From Octopus bimaculoides (taxonomy: Eukaryota): DNA of 41,260 nucleotides. The stretch covers positions 161,497,363-161,538,622 of the forward strand of contig NC_068982.1 of NCBI RefSeq assembly GCF_001194135.2. The letters are read 5' to 3'. The translations under genes were made by a program, and so were the position numbers. This document shows, one piece after another, positions 10,500-23,792 of this stretch; the stretch's first letter is position 1; every line of letters begins with the position of its first letter. The notes beneath the pieces are model-generated. The model made no database searches. It was not told the DNA's origin and saw only the letters and a list, made by a program, of their open reading frames with translations.

Positions 10500-12240
10500 T
10501 TTTCAATGTAATTTTTGGTTTTGAATCTTATCTGAAATCGTTTCAATGTTTGAGTCACCAGTAACTTATATTTTTTTACAGACAATTTTGTGTGGTACAT
10601 TGATTTGATTAAATTCATTTACAAAAAGATTTATTCACAGAAATAGGTTGATCTGAAAATCAATTTTTTATGCTTTTATAATTATTCAGAATTGAATTCC
10701 AAACTCTGGAATTGTTTGAATTTCAATCAAGTTATGATTTTCTGCAAGTTTGTCCTTCTAACAGTAGATTTATTTGAGTTTATATTTAAAAAATTTTGAT
10801 GCTCACAATTCCTTATCAGATAATACCAACTATTTTGATCTCAAAATCAGACTGACTAATCTTTGAAAATACTGATAGATTTATTTCTGATATTTCTGTG
10901 TCAATGGGTACTAGAAGGATCACTACAACTACTTTTTTCTTTTGGAAAAGCTGTAAACCTTTTATCAAATTTATTTTTTATGTTTTTGATGGCTAGTTAC
11001 AAATAACTTGCACTGATGTAATTTTTTTCTTCCACTGAAATTTATAAGTGAGGTAAAAATCAGCTAGTTTATATTATTTTCAAGGACTTTCACAAGCTCT
11101 GTCAATTTGTGCTTAAATGTTACAAAGTTCTTCCGATTACTGAAGAGATGTGTTTCTTTTTCCTTGAAAATGTTTGCTAAGCAAATCTACCATGAAATGT
11201 AACTTTACTAGCCAATCAGGATCTTCCAATTCAGGATAGCTACTAGCATTACCACAAAAAGTTTGGAAGAATTACCAAAGGTAGTCTATGTAAGCTGCAA
11301 ATCCTTTCAGAACGTAACCGTTAGAAAATTCTTGGATGTTATTATGTAGCAATAAATCTGAATAAATACAGTTAATCGCTTTTAGTAATGCACAGTAACT
11401 TAGACCTCTTTGCTATTATCTCATTTACAACTTTGATTCAAGATTCATAACTTGCTTACATTTGGGAAGTAAAGTTTGGGTACAGAGTGCTGTTTTGATG
11501 AATTACACAATGAAAAGAAAGCAATTTTTGATTAAGTCATCAGTAGAATCACAAATCCCTTCTTTATCCTTTTCATGCTTGGTAACCCTTCTATTGCTAC
11601 TGAAACTAAATTTTTAGTGCTTATTTTCTTTCTCTTTCAAACAATTGAAATCAGCCTAACAAATATATTTGCCACTCGCTTGTCTCTCATTTTTTTGTTA
11701 ATTCAATCAGTTCTTCCAGAGAACCTTTAGAATAAATAAATCTACATAAAATGCAATCTGTCCAACATTATTTACATCACATGACTCATCACAAGCAACT
11801 GAATATCTTGGAGGAGAATTAATGTCTTTGATATGCTGTTCAGTAATATTTGATGCCATATCAATAGCTCTTTGGTTATTTTTGGTGGGGGAGAATTTTT
11901 TTATTATATTAATTATATCATTTTTGCTGTTGAAATCAGAAATTAAATGCCCAGCAATATTTTCCATTGGTAAAGGTTTTTTTCTTCTCTTGAAGCAATT
12001 TCCTAAAATCATCTCAACTTTTTCTATTTTCTTTTCCAGTTTAGAACCATGCATTTTTGTTATTCCCTAGCTGGATACTTAGCAAATGTCTTTCTAGGTC
12101 ACTCTTATTGTTCACAAATTTCGCAAAACACCATAATTGTATGCCAATTGAGTCTTCAATGTAAGTATACATCTCCAACCAAAGAGCTTTGTAGAAGATC
12201 CTCCTCTTCCCATCGCCAAACATTTTTCAGATCCAACATA
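10500..12240 (-). pseudogene. Decayed hAT transposase (Buster/SPIN/GTF2IRD2-like group)
   Basis: YSVACDESCDVNNVGQIAFYV (catalytic D region, ORF 11707-12054); DLLLHNN..VLKGF..YPELEDPDWLVKLHFMVDL (about 11170-11360); FRSTYFCE*IFL*MNLIKS (about 10600-10660, dimerisation domain); multiple stops and frameshifts. Confidence 0.85.
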
Positions 12241-12372
12241 ATGATAAACTCAATGCTACAAAAATTTTACCAATTCTACCAATATTTCCCAACATAACAG
12301 TGATAGACAGGGAAGAAAGTAAAATACAAAATTGAAGCCAAGCATGAGTCCTAGAGCAATTCTATCTGACCC

Positions 12373-12374
<2 letters not shown>

Positions 12375-12461
<87 letters not shown>
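12375..12461. repeat. (GA)n microsatellite
   Basis: Perfect dinucleotide run. Confidence 0.98.
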
Positions 12462-12463
<2 letters not shown>

Positions 12464-13767
12464 CTTAGACATTAGTTTCAAGCTCAAAGCTCACCAGATA
12501 TAAATTCCTGACCATGCACTTTAAAATTTTTTTAAATTCCAATTTGAGCATGTTGTGCCTGTCTGAGATATAAGCTGATACAAGATAATAATCATAAATT
12601 GACTTATTGTAGTTCACTGGCATATGTGACATCGATACATGGATAACTGGCATATGGGACACTGACATACAGGTGTTGAGAAGAATAGTAAATAGATTAA
12701 CATAGAAAGCATTCATTTATTGATATGTTTCATAATATTTATTTATTAATTTTTTTTTTAACGAAAGTATTGTTAGAACACTAATCAATCCACCATTTTG
12801 CTTCCAGGATATTTACAAAACAAACTTTTCATATTTAATAGTAAAGCAGGTGCAATCATATTTGATTTAGTCAGCCATTTGACATAAATTTATGTAGATA
12901 TGTAACAAAGACAAATGCATCTATGATATTCAATGTTTGCTGACTACTTTTGTAAATCTTAGATTATATTTGTGATATTTTGCTAACACTTATACAATAT
13001 ATGGTGGTGAACTGATAGAGTTACTAGAGCATATTTGTTTCTGTTCTGCACTCTAGGTTTAAATTTCACTGAGGTACATTCTGCTTTTGATTCTTTTGGG
13101 GATCAATAAATAAAGTAGCAGTTCAGGAGAATGGCTCATTGAAATTTTAGAGTGTTGGCTGAGATGCCTTGTAGTATCTGTTCCAACTCTGAGTTGGAAC
13201 AGATATTACCTACAGATGGTCATGTCATATATAGAGAAGGTTTCAAAGTGGAACACGACAGACTATGGCACTGGAATCTCTCAGCAGACAGACAGACCAT
13301 GCTCACTATTGTTTAAAAACAGTTGTGCCAAAGATTCAGGAGCTTTGAAAATCAAACACTGTGTGGACTAAACTCACAATTCTTTCTCCAAACTGGCTTC
13401 CAGGTTTTAGAAAACTTGGAAACACCCTTAACAAAGAAATGCTGATGATAACAAACTACTAACTAACAAGCTGCTAAACATGTTTCAGATTATGAAATTA
13501 AACAAGTAGAATCTAAGGGAATGTTTGTGCCATTATATAGTCTATTCGATTCTGCAGCATTTCTGTCAGTGAGGCACCTGAATTTCTCAACCAGTCTTTT
13601 CTGCCCTTTTCAGTCTTGGACTTTCAACCAATCTGGCATAGAATTAAATATTGGTATAACTTTCAGTCAAGTGCTTAATTGGGTTTGATAATTCTGGTAG
13701 TGCCCACCTCTTCTCCAGGATATGGGTGGTATTGGTATTCAAAGAGTTTATCTTCCTTTGAATTCAC

Positions 13768-14950
13768 CATCATCATCATCATCATCATCATCATCGTTTA
13801 ACATCCGCTTTCCATGCTGGCATGGATTGGACAGTTTGACTGAGGACTGGCGAGCCAGAAGGTTGCACCAGGCTCCAATCTAATCTGGCAAAGTTTCTAC
13901 AGCTGGATGCCCTTCCCAATGCCAACCACTTGCCCTTCCCAATGCCACGGGTTATGGTCTCACTTGGCTTGTCAGGCATTCTCAAGCACAGCACATCTCC
14001 AAAGGTCTCGGTCACTAGTCATTACCTTGGTAAGGCCCAATATTCAAAGGTCATGCTTCACCACCTCATCCTAGGTCTTCCTGGGTCTAGCTCTTCCACA
14101 GGTTCCCTCAACTGTTAGGGTGTGACACTTTTTCACACAGCTGTCCTCATCCATTCACAACACATGACCATACCAGTGCAGTCGTCTCTCTTGCACACTA
14201 CATCTGATGCTTCTTAAATCTNNNNNNNNNNTGCAGTCGTCTCTCTTGCACACTACATCTGATGCTTCTTAAATCTAACTTTTCTCTCAGGGCACTTACA
14301 CTCTGTTGTGTATGCACACTGACATTACACATCCAGCGGAGCATACTGGCTTCATCCCTTGCAAGCTTACGCATGTCCTCCGCAGTCACAGCCCATGTGT
14401 CACTTCCATGTAACAAGGCTGTTCATACACATGCGTCATACAGTCTACCTTTTACTCTGAGCAAGAGGACCTTTGTCATCAGCAGTGGTAGGAGCTCTTT
14501 GAACTTTGCCCAGGCTATTCTTATTCTAGCAGCTACACTTTCAGAGCATCCAACCCCGCAACTGACTTGGTCCCCTAGGTAACAGAAGCTATCAACTATT
14601 TCTAGTTTTTCTCCCTGGAATGTGACAGAAGCTGTTCTCTGCACACTTTCAGTGTTTATAGTACCTGAGCATTTGCCACATACAAAAACTATCTTCCCAG
14701 TTAGCCTTCCTTTGATATTTTTGCACTTCTTATGTGTCCATAGCTTATACTGGGTACATCTTATAGAGTTTCTACCTACACCTTTTCTACAGATCAAGCA
14801 GGGCCATCTACCTGAAGGGATTTGTGGTTTGTCTGCCTTCCTACTTATTAAGACTTTGGTTTTAGCTAGGTTGACTTTAAGGCCTTACGATTCTAATCTT
14901 TGCTTCCACACCAGAAACTTTTCCTCTAGGTCTGATAGTAATCCCAGCAA
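13768..14950 (-). mobile_element. 5'-truncated RTE-clade LINE (RT C-terminus, PHD-like finger, 3' UTR, (GAT)n tail)
   Basis: Translations LEEKFLVWKQRLES*GLKVNLAKTKV..EIVDSFCYLGD..RIRIAWAKF..LHGSDTW..ERRLRWYGHV are typical of RTE ORF2; (CAT)n on the plus strand at 13768-13795. Confidence 0.9.
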
Positions 14951-17039
14951 TTTGAGCAATCCTACTCAACACCCACACACCCTATCCACTGGGCAAACTG
15001 AGTAAGGGACCAGTTTAATGACCAATCACTCAGCCATGAGCAGGTAGCACTATATCACATGGTATCTCTGGCAGGTTTCCATCAGCTTGTGACGGAACTG
15101 GTTTTAACTTGAAATAGCTTTATATAGTAAGTATAAAACGTTAACAAAGTCAGATTTGTTTGTTGTGAAGAATGGGATAAGACAGACATTTCAGATGAAA
15201 TCTATTAAATAAATGAAGGATCCTGTCTGAAACATTAGATTTTACTCTGCTCCTCATGGACACTAACTTATTCAACTTTGTGAACATTTTGTTCAGCTTA
15301 TCCTTGTTATCTACAAATTTGTGTCTAAATGAAAGTTGTAAACTTCATGACTTCAGCAGTTGAATTGGGAATACAAGTAAGATATTCATTTCATTGGCTC
15401 ACCATACATTGACCACAACATTTCGTCTGATATATGCTAGCATAGTAACAGATGTCAGATAAAATATAATTATACAACACATTATAATCACATAGCATAA
15501 GACTAAACCAATTATTGAAACAGTTGATAACACAACCACTGTATATAGAATTTTTCACGCAAACAAAAAATAAATACTAATAATGAATACACAAAAAATA
15601 GAAGCTTAATCATAAAAGCAATAGTAATTGTACAAAACAAAGCAAAATTGAACAGTATAATACATCCTCCTAACTAACTGAGATTAGTCCATGGCTGGTG
15701 AAAGAAAGCTTGAGTCAAAAGTCAAAAGTTCAAACCCATTGATAATGAATGACACTGTCAGATACACCATCCAGACAAGCCAGTATTGGAGCTTTTGCAT
15801 GCTCACTTGAACTGTTAGAATAGCAGCCAAATCTCTTTAAAACTACCACCTACTATCTTAAAAGAAGGATTCACTAGCTACTGTAGTCCTAGCTGTCTAA
15901 AAAGATTGCTACGATAGGTTTGCTTGATCAACAATAACTTTATCCAAATTAGTCAATGTGGTTACTCAATTTGTTAGAAATAGTTGCCATTCAGTCTCAA
16001 ATTTCACCCTACCATCTTTAAAAAAAAAAGGGACAAACTGGATAGCAATGTACAAGGTACTCTGAGAAAAGACATGATGGTCATAGCTAGACAATGTTTG
16101 GTCATTAGTCTGCTTAATTAGAGCTGACTCAGGTTTAAACACCAATGTCATGCAGAAGATAAGATTGTAAGGATCTAAAAATGTTAATGGACTTAGGAAC
16201 ATTAATATTCCAAACAAAATTTAAAAATTCATATAACAATATGAAAATCTTTTATAAAAAGGATGAAAGTTAAGCACAAGTGTGTTTTTAATAATAGATA
16301 GTTAAATGAAAAATTGCTCCCCATACACATGTAATGTATAAACAACAATGCTATTATATAATGTGGTCTAGTGCAGTGTCTGTAGTCTATGGTACTGTAA
16401 TTGCACAGTCTATCAACTTCAGTTGACAGTTACTAAAGTGGATTAGTAAACGCTCTCACCAAACTTGATCATATAAAGAGTGATCAACAAGAACTAAAAA
16501 TAATGTCCTTCTAAAATGAGATATGGGGTGAATATAGTTCTTTATTTCACTATACTCATAAAGGAAACCAAACTTCATGTTCTGTTGAGAAGAGAAATGC
16601 ATTCTTCCACTATATAGGCATCAACAAAAATTACACTACAATCAGAATTTGTATGAAATTTTAGAACTGGTGCTTTTTATTGTCATTGAAATACCCATCA
16701 ATATGCAAATGATTGTAATGGGAAAGTATATTAATATCTGATATATTATTATACATATTATACAAGTAACTGACTTGTATAATATGTGCTGAGAAGTGTG
16801 TGGAATCCTTGCTTCTGATCATGTATGAATGAGGTAAAACAATTGGTACAGATGTTTACTCTATTCAAAGGAATAAAAAAATACAGCAAGATTTTCTGGT
16901 TAATAAAAATATCCTTCAGCAAGAATAGAAAACATTGATCAGGTTCCTCTGTCTAAAGTTAATGACACATTTGTACAAAACAAGAGGAATGATGGACCTA
17001 GAACTGATGGGTCTTAGGCTTTTGATTTCAAACAATGCT

Positions 17040-17420
17040 CTATTGAAGTATTTTTATGAGTATGACAGAAACACTTTCACACTCCACCATCACTATGCTG
17101 GTATGCAAAACTGATTCAGTGATTCATTCAACTGAATGGTAAGCATATGAGAAACAAAATGCCAGTGGTTACCACTATCTTATAGCGAATCATCAAGAAA
17201 ATTGTGTGGATCAAGTGGCAGGAGCATACATGCACCATGGCTGGATGCCAAAATACATTCTTAAAAAGCGAGTTATTTGCAGTCAGATATTTCAATCAAA
17301 CCTTCATCATATTCGCTGGAAAGTGGTGAAAAACAAAATGCAAATGATTTATTTGTGGTATATTATTAAAGAATTTAAAGGTAAATAAGACCTGTCTTCC
17401 ACAGCAGAAATGTTAATGCT
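17040..17420 (+). mobile_element. Very old RTE-like ORF2 C-terminal fragment
   Basis: L*RIIKKIVWIKWQEH..IFAGKW resembles RTE LRRILxIxWQD..LRWAGH; heavily decayed. Confidence 0.35.
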
Positions 17421-17439
17421 ACTCCTGATGAAGAGGATT

Positions 17440-17706
17440 GACCTGCAAGAGCCCTGTGCCAATGCCACATAAAAAGCACTCGGGGGGGGGGGGCATCACA
17501 TAAAAATTGCTCATGCTAGTGCCATGTTAAAAGCACCCTGTATGCACTGTAAAGTAGTTGGTGACAGGAAGGGCATTCAGCTGTAGAAACCAAGCCAAAT
17601 CAGACTGGAATCTGGTGCAGCTCTCCTACTTGCTAGCTCTGGCCAAACTGTCCAGCTCATACCCGCATGGAAAATGGATGTTAAAGGATGATGATGATGA
17701 TGATGT
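17440..17706 (+). mobile_element. RTE LINE 3' UTR fragment with (GAT)n tail
   Basis: taaaagcacc..gtagttggtgacaggaagggcattcagctgtagaaac..catggaaaatggatgttaaaggatgatgatg, similar to 3950-4132. Confidence 0.75.
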
Positions 17707-17736
17707 GATACAAAGTATATTTTATTAATCCCCTAA

Positions 17737-17903
17737 TGCAGGAGTGGCTGTGTGGTAAGTAGCTTGCTTACCTACCACATGGTTCCGGGTTCATTCCCAC
17801 TGCATGGCACCTTGGGCAAGTGTCTTCTGCTATAGCCTCGGGCCGACCAAAGCCTTGTGAGTGGATTTGGTAGACGGAAACGGAAAGAAGCCTGTTGTAT
17901 TTA

Positions 17904-17985
<82 letters not shown>

Positions 17986-18194
17986 TGTGTCTGTGTTTGT
18001 CCCCCCAACATCGCTTGACAATCAATGGTGGTATGTTTACGTCCCCGTAACTTAGCGGTTCGGCAAAAGAGACCGATAGAATAAGTACTAGACTTACAAA
18101 GAATAAGTCCTGGGGTCGATTTGCTCGACTAAAGGCAGTGCTCCAGCATGGCCGCAGTCAAATGACTGAAAGAAGTAAAAGAGTAAAAGAGTAA
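17737..18194 (+). mobile_element. tRNA-type SINE family A with expanded (TG)n
   Basis: Near-identical to 5408-5815 apart from the (TG)n at about 17908-17986. Confidence 0.85.
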
Positions 18195-18559
18195 CAATTT
18201 TTTTTTCATCACAGCAAAGGATATGATCATTAATGAAATATTTGGCACAAATTTTGTTTGATTATTATTATGTGGAGTAAATATCCAGATAGACCACATT
18301 CTATAGTAAAAATGTCCCTTAGGCATGATGTGAGACAACTCAGAGTGGTACCACTTAAACAACTATATTGTAATATATCCATTATAACTACTATGTTTTG
18401 TGTAACATCAAAATTAATCTTTTCTACTGAATATTCAGTTTAGCAGAGTTCAAGGTTATTTCAAGCATTGAATATTAAATTTTTGTCACTCTTCTTCACT
18501 GATCCTATTTTTACGTATTTTCATTTGTAGATACAGGAGTTGGACAAAATAATGGAAAC

Positions 18560-19470
18560 ATCAGTGCATATGTACAACAAAGTGTAAATGTATTGAGAGA
18601 AAAGTTGGGCATAAGAGGAATCAAATGTAGCATTCAAGAGAGAAGACTATGTTGGTTTGGGCATGTGATGTGTATGAATGAGGACAGCTGCATAAAGAAG
18701 TGCCAATTACTGAAATTGAATGGTACTTGTGGACGAGGGAGACCCAGGAAGACATGGGATGAAGTAAGGACCGGCCTCAGGATGTTGGGCCTCATGGAGG
18801 AAATGACAATGGACAGAGATGTCTGGCAATATGAGGTTCTTGAGAAGACCCACTTATGTCAGTAAAACTGAGTTCTAGAAGTGCTGTATGTCCCACCCAC
18901 AAATAACAAGAAAATTTCTCGCATACCCTACCACAACAAACCAAACTACGTCTCTATATCTCTTCTCTTCCTCGCATTTCCACTTCATGCACTATACTTA
19001 CCTTCCACTCCCCAATTCTGTCCTCTTGGCCCTGTCACACTGTATCATTGCTCTTTGCTAGCCCCCCCCCCCCCGACCTGCGTGTTCCACCCACATGCCC
19101 TGTCTTACTGTATCATTGCTATCTGCCAGTCCCTGATCTGCGTGTTTCACCCACATGTAACAAGAAAACTTTTCACACCAATCTGCATCTTTCCTCTTCC
19201 TCACATTTCCTCCTTCATACACTAAGCCTACCTTTCACTCCCCAATCCTGTCCCCACAACCCTGTTTCTCTGTATCATTGCTGTCCAGTAGTCCCTCGCC
19301 ACTCACTTCCCCTCCTCCACACTCTCTAATCACATTTCTTTTGCAATATCCTACCACTTATATTATGATGTTCAAACCTCAAGTCTCTGCACTAGCACTT
19401 GCCACCATAAATATCTCTCTCTTCCTTTACTCAACCATCCCATTTATATTCTGATCTCCCATCCCTTGTG
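18560..19470 (+). mobile_element. RTE LINE ORF2 3' end plus a C-rich 3' UTR variant with direct repeats
   Basis: ORF 18593-18865 REKLGIRGIKCSIQERRLCWFGHV..GRGRPRKTW; the motif ctgtatcattgct..ctgcgtgtt(c/t)cacccacatg repeats at about 19040, 19108 and partly 19270. Confidence 0.75.
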
Positions 19471-20203
19471 AGTATGCCTGGCAGTTTGCCATCATCTCTA
19501 TCCTGCTGTCTCCCAGTCTCTCTCTCCTTCTCCTACACTTCCCTCAGGTTGGATAACCATGTGCAGCAGCACACCTGTTTCTGTCTTCATTCTCTCTCTC
19601 TCTCTCTCTCTCCAGCCAAGTAACCTTGTACCTCTTCTACAGCAAGACATGTGCTTCTGTCTCTCTGTCTCACTACAACCTTTCATCTGACACAAGATCA
19701 CCTCCTCCTTTGCTCCCTCCCCTCTCAAAAGATTTTTTTGTCTTGCAAGGTATTTGGTGATGCCTGTAAAGTGGTTGGCATTTGGAAGAGCATCCAGCTG
19801 TAAAACACCTTGCCAAAACTGACCTCACCTGTGCTTGTGCCATGTAAAAAGCNNNNNNNNNNNNNNNNNNNNNNNNNNNNNNNNNNNNNNNNNNNNNNNN
19901 NNNNNNNNNNNNNNNNNNNNNNNNNNNNNNNNNNNNNNNNNNNNNNNNNNNNNNNNNNNNNNNNNNNNNNNNNNNNNNNNNNNNNNNNNNNNNNNNNNNN
20001 NNNNNNNNNNNNNNNNNNNNNNNNNNNNNNNNNNNNNNNNNNNNNNNNNNNNNNNNNNNNNNNNNNNNNNNNNNNNNNNNNNNNNNNNNNNNNNNNNNNN
20101 NNNNNNNNNNNNNNNNNNNNNNNNNNNNNNNNNNNNNNNNNNNNNNNNNNNNNNNNNNNNNNNNNNNNNNNNNNNNNNNNNNNNNNNNNNNNNNNNNNNN
20201 NTG

Positions 20204-20234
<31 letters not shown>

Positions 20235-20934
20235 ATGCATATGCGTATAAAAAGCAATGAGTGAATCAGCGGTGATCTGACAAATATTTTGAGGCGTTTA
20301 TGTATTTTTTTGCACTTTGGTGATGTCCCTTTGTACCCAACATCAATACTGCTCCTTAAGAGATTAATAAAACAAAGAGTATCACACAAAATTACCGAAA
20401 TCACTATATTTAACAAAGTCTTAACATTGTTACTCCAATATGGTTGCAGTCCATACTGAAAGAAGTAAAAAAAAGATATAAGCAAATGATACATACTGCT
20501 GATGTGATATTTTGTAATTCATTCTAATTACAATTGAATTGTTTCCATAGACTAATAACTTAAGAGCATTTACACAGTCTTAAATCTGATTTACACTTAC
20601 TAATCTTTTAGAGGTGAATTTTTAAAATATGTCAGCTCTGTGTAGAAAACAACAACTGATGCAACCCTAATCCATGGTTCATTCATGTTCAACTTGTGTA
20701 AAGATTCAAAAGTGTGTCAGATTGCAATGTTTCTTTTTTTATGGTTTAAATAAGAGAACAAGAACTGCACACATACAACTTGCAGGCCTTCTGAGACAAG
20801 TGAAAATGATGAGCTGATATTTAGATTGAACAACTGTAAGTCAATAACTATAGACTGTAGGAATACTGAGAGCAAGAAAGAAAATACAAACTTGACACTC
20901 TAGAGGAAATGCTGGCATGGGTTGAATGATTCCA

Positions 20935-21066
20935 AATCCACTTTCAATGCTTTGGTCAAACTGGGAATATAGCAGAAGATACTTGCTCAAGGTATCACAC
21001 GGTGTGACTGAACCTGGGACTATGCAATTGGGGAACAAACTTCATACCACACAGCCATGCCTACAT
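20935..21066 (-). mobile_element. Old family A SINE head/core fragment
   Basis: Reverse complement gcatggctgtgtggtatgaagtttgttcccc..ggttcagtcacacc..ccttgagcaagtatcttctgctata. Confidence 0.6.
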
Positions 21067-22769
21067 CTACTATGCATAAACACCTTCACTCACATGCATA
21101 CATATGCATACACATACAAACATATATATAAATACATATATATAAATACATATATATCGATGTGCACAAAATTTTCCTGCCAAAAAGATATTAATATAAA
21201 TGATATTAAATGTTATAAACACTAATTTGAGACATTTTGTTACTCATTTCTGCCTTTCAAACATCTGCTAGTTTTCCCTTCTCTCCAACCCTTTTCTCAC
21301 TCTTGCTGCAATACTGAGTTGTTATTTAGCCCTAATCCAGCACACCTCTCAAAAGTATTCAAGATATGGCTATCCTGTCATTTACTCAGACAAACTATAC
21401 CTAGAACTACATTATGCCACCCCCCCCCCTTTTTTTTTTTTTTTAGATAATACAAAAATTTGAGATTTTGAAGGAGATTTGACTGCTATTCCTAACTGGA
21501 AAAGTGATATCAAAGAGGCCCATTTATTAATAAATGGTGACTATAAATGTTGTTGGTTAGTCCCTAATTGGTCCTAATTAAGCAGAATTATGATCAAAGA
21601 CATTCCACTCATGACCATTCCATCTTTTTTCTGGCCATAATATACAATGTGTCCATAGAGCAAATATTTTAAAATGTATATCTACTATACGAGAATAATG
21701 TGAAAAGGAGAGATATGATAAGAAATTAAACAAACCCCCAACCCCACCAAATAAAAAAAATTGATAAATTTGGTATTGAATGATCTACATGAATAGATCT
21801 GTCAAACTGTTATCTCTTTGGTTAACTTGTAATACAATTATTACAAGGAAAATTAGAATCAGATATGAAAGGGAAGCGGAAATCCTACATATGAAGTGTT
21901 TTATCAATGTTCTTCAGTTATCAAAAAAGTTTTTAAGTGTAGATAGAGACTTACATAATGCAGCAAAGAAATATACACTTAAATCAACTAAAATTACAAC
22001 TCTAATGAAAAGTAAAAAAATACTAGTGCTAGTGATAATTCTTGTCAAGAACAATAGGGGGACATAATTGAAAAATCAAAACAGTAAAACTTGAATGGGA
22101 ACATGTTATGAGTAGTGAATCTGATCTTTTGTAAAAATCACTTTGCCTGATATTAAGTTTTGTTTCTTTCACTAAACTAGAAAAGGGAGAAGAATTTACC
22201 TCAATTTTTCTCCTTCACTCATTTCAAATCATTAAATGATGAGTCAACAAGAAAGTTACTACATAGTTCCTTGCCCTGCTATAAGTAGAAGCAACACTTT
22301 CAGGTTACATACAACAGTGTCTTAAACAGGCTAGGACACATTGGAAAAATGTAGTCGTAAATATATAACAAAATGGGATAGTTTTAGCTGGAATGCATCT
22401 GACCATAAATGAACCCTTCAATCAGGATTGACTTGTGACTAAATAACCACTTAGGTACAAGAATGTTTATAGTCTAAGATCTAAAATGGGCAGACATTGA
22501 AACTTATGTCTTCAGTAAAACCTTCAACAGTAAATGCAATAGAGATTTGACTGATAGAGCCGAGTGTATCATGGATCCAAACTAGTTTATGCGATGATAT
22601 TGGATCCAAATTACTTTATATAATGATATTAAGATTCAGTTAGGGTATCAGAAGTTCACATACTCAAAAGCTAGTAGAGGTCCAAAGGACATGGTACTTA
22701 CAGGGTACACTATTGCTGTCTGCTTTCACAAGCTTCTTATCTGACCAATCTTTCATAGGAGTGAGTTTG

Positions 22770-22990
22770 GAGCATTATATGTTATGCTTTTAGGAGACAT
22801 CAATGTCTATCATCAGGACTGACATGGGAAGCAAACAATAGATACTGCTGGCCATTGAACACTACAGCAGATTCTTAATAACTAAAAAGGGAAGACTATT
22901 TTTGACTTTGAGTGACAGACTTATCTGCACTTACCACAACTCAAGTATACCTGGGCACCTTAGTGCAGGTGAACTCGTATGTCCTACAAT
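22770..22990 (+). mobile_element. Decayed CR1/L2-like LINE endonuclease fragment
   Basis: VMLLGDINVYHQD*HGKQTIDTAG from 22781 resembles the APE motif GDFNVHHxxW..TDxAG. Confidence 0.55.
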
Positions 22991-23792
22991 GCTATGAACA
23001 GAAAGGGTTGATACTACAAAAGAGCAAACTTTTGGGAGATGAAATGACACTTTAAATTAAATGACTGGTGAAGGACCCTAAAAAAGGTATGCATTTGGGA
23101 TATAGCAACTATATAAAATGTTATGGGTTTATCCTTTCAAATGACAAGCACAGGAGAATCTGAAAGAATTATCTCCTCTGCCATCAACTGAAAGAGAGAA
23201 TAAATGAAAGGTCACACAAGCAAGATACAGCCACAAACAGGAAGAGAATCTGATGAAAAGAAAAGAATACCAGAATGAAGATAGATTTGATAAATAACAA
23301 TATTAGCAGCTAAACTGGTAGAGCATTGTAAACTCTCTCTCTCTCTCTCTTCTCCCCTCTCTCTTTCTTCTAGAACAGGACACTCCCATCTCAATCCCTG
23401 ATCCTGCATACTTAGCAACAAAAGGAAAAATCTACAAAAGTAATTGTAAAAAGGATCCCCCACCAACACCAGGCAACATAATAAGGTATAATTTTCAACT
23501 TAAAAGACATCATAAATACAAGCCAACAAAACCCACCAATTCTGGTCATACAGCAACCAAAGTCCTGAAGAAGTATAGCAAGGATGGGTTAGTTTCTCAT
23601 GTCACCTATTTAAGTGCTGCCTTACAGCGCACGTTCAAACCTATATTTCCTGTGACATCTATACATAAGGTGGATTTTAAAGAAGAGCCCTAAAGGACTA
23701 ACACATAACTTTACTTGAGATCACTTGTTAAGGTTATCTCTACAGATATTCTACAGAAATTATAGCTAGTACTGATTTTTGTTACAACATTT

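Noticed and set aside
13520-13765. Minus-strand reading ending RIDYIM, similar to a LINE endonuclease end
   Set aside because: Only one short motif; too weak to annotate.
14177-14262. About 45-nt direct duplication on both sides of an 11-N gap
   Set aside because: Identical copies flanking a tiny gap indicate a contig overlap (assembly artifact).
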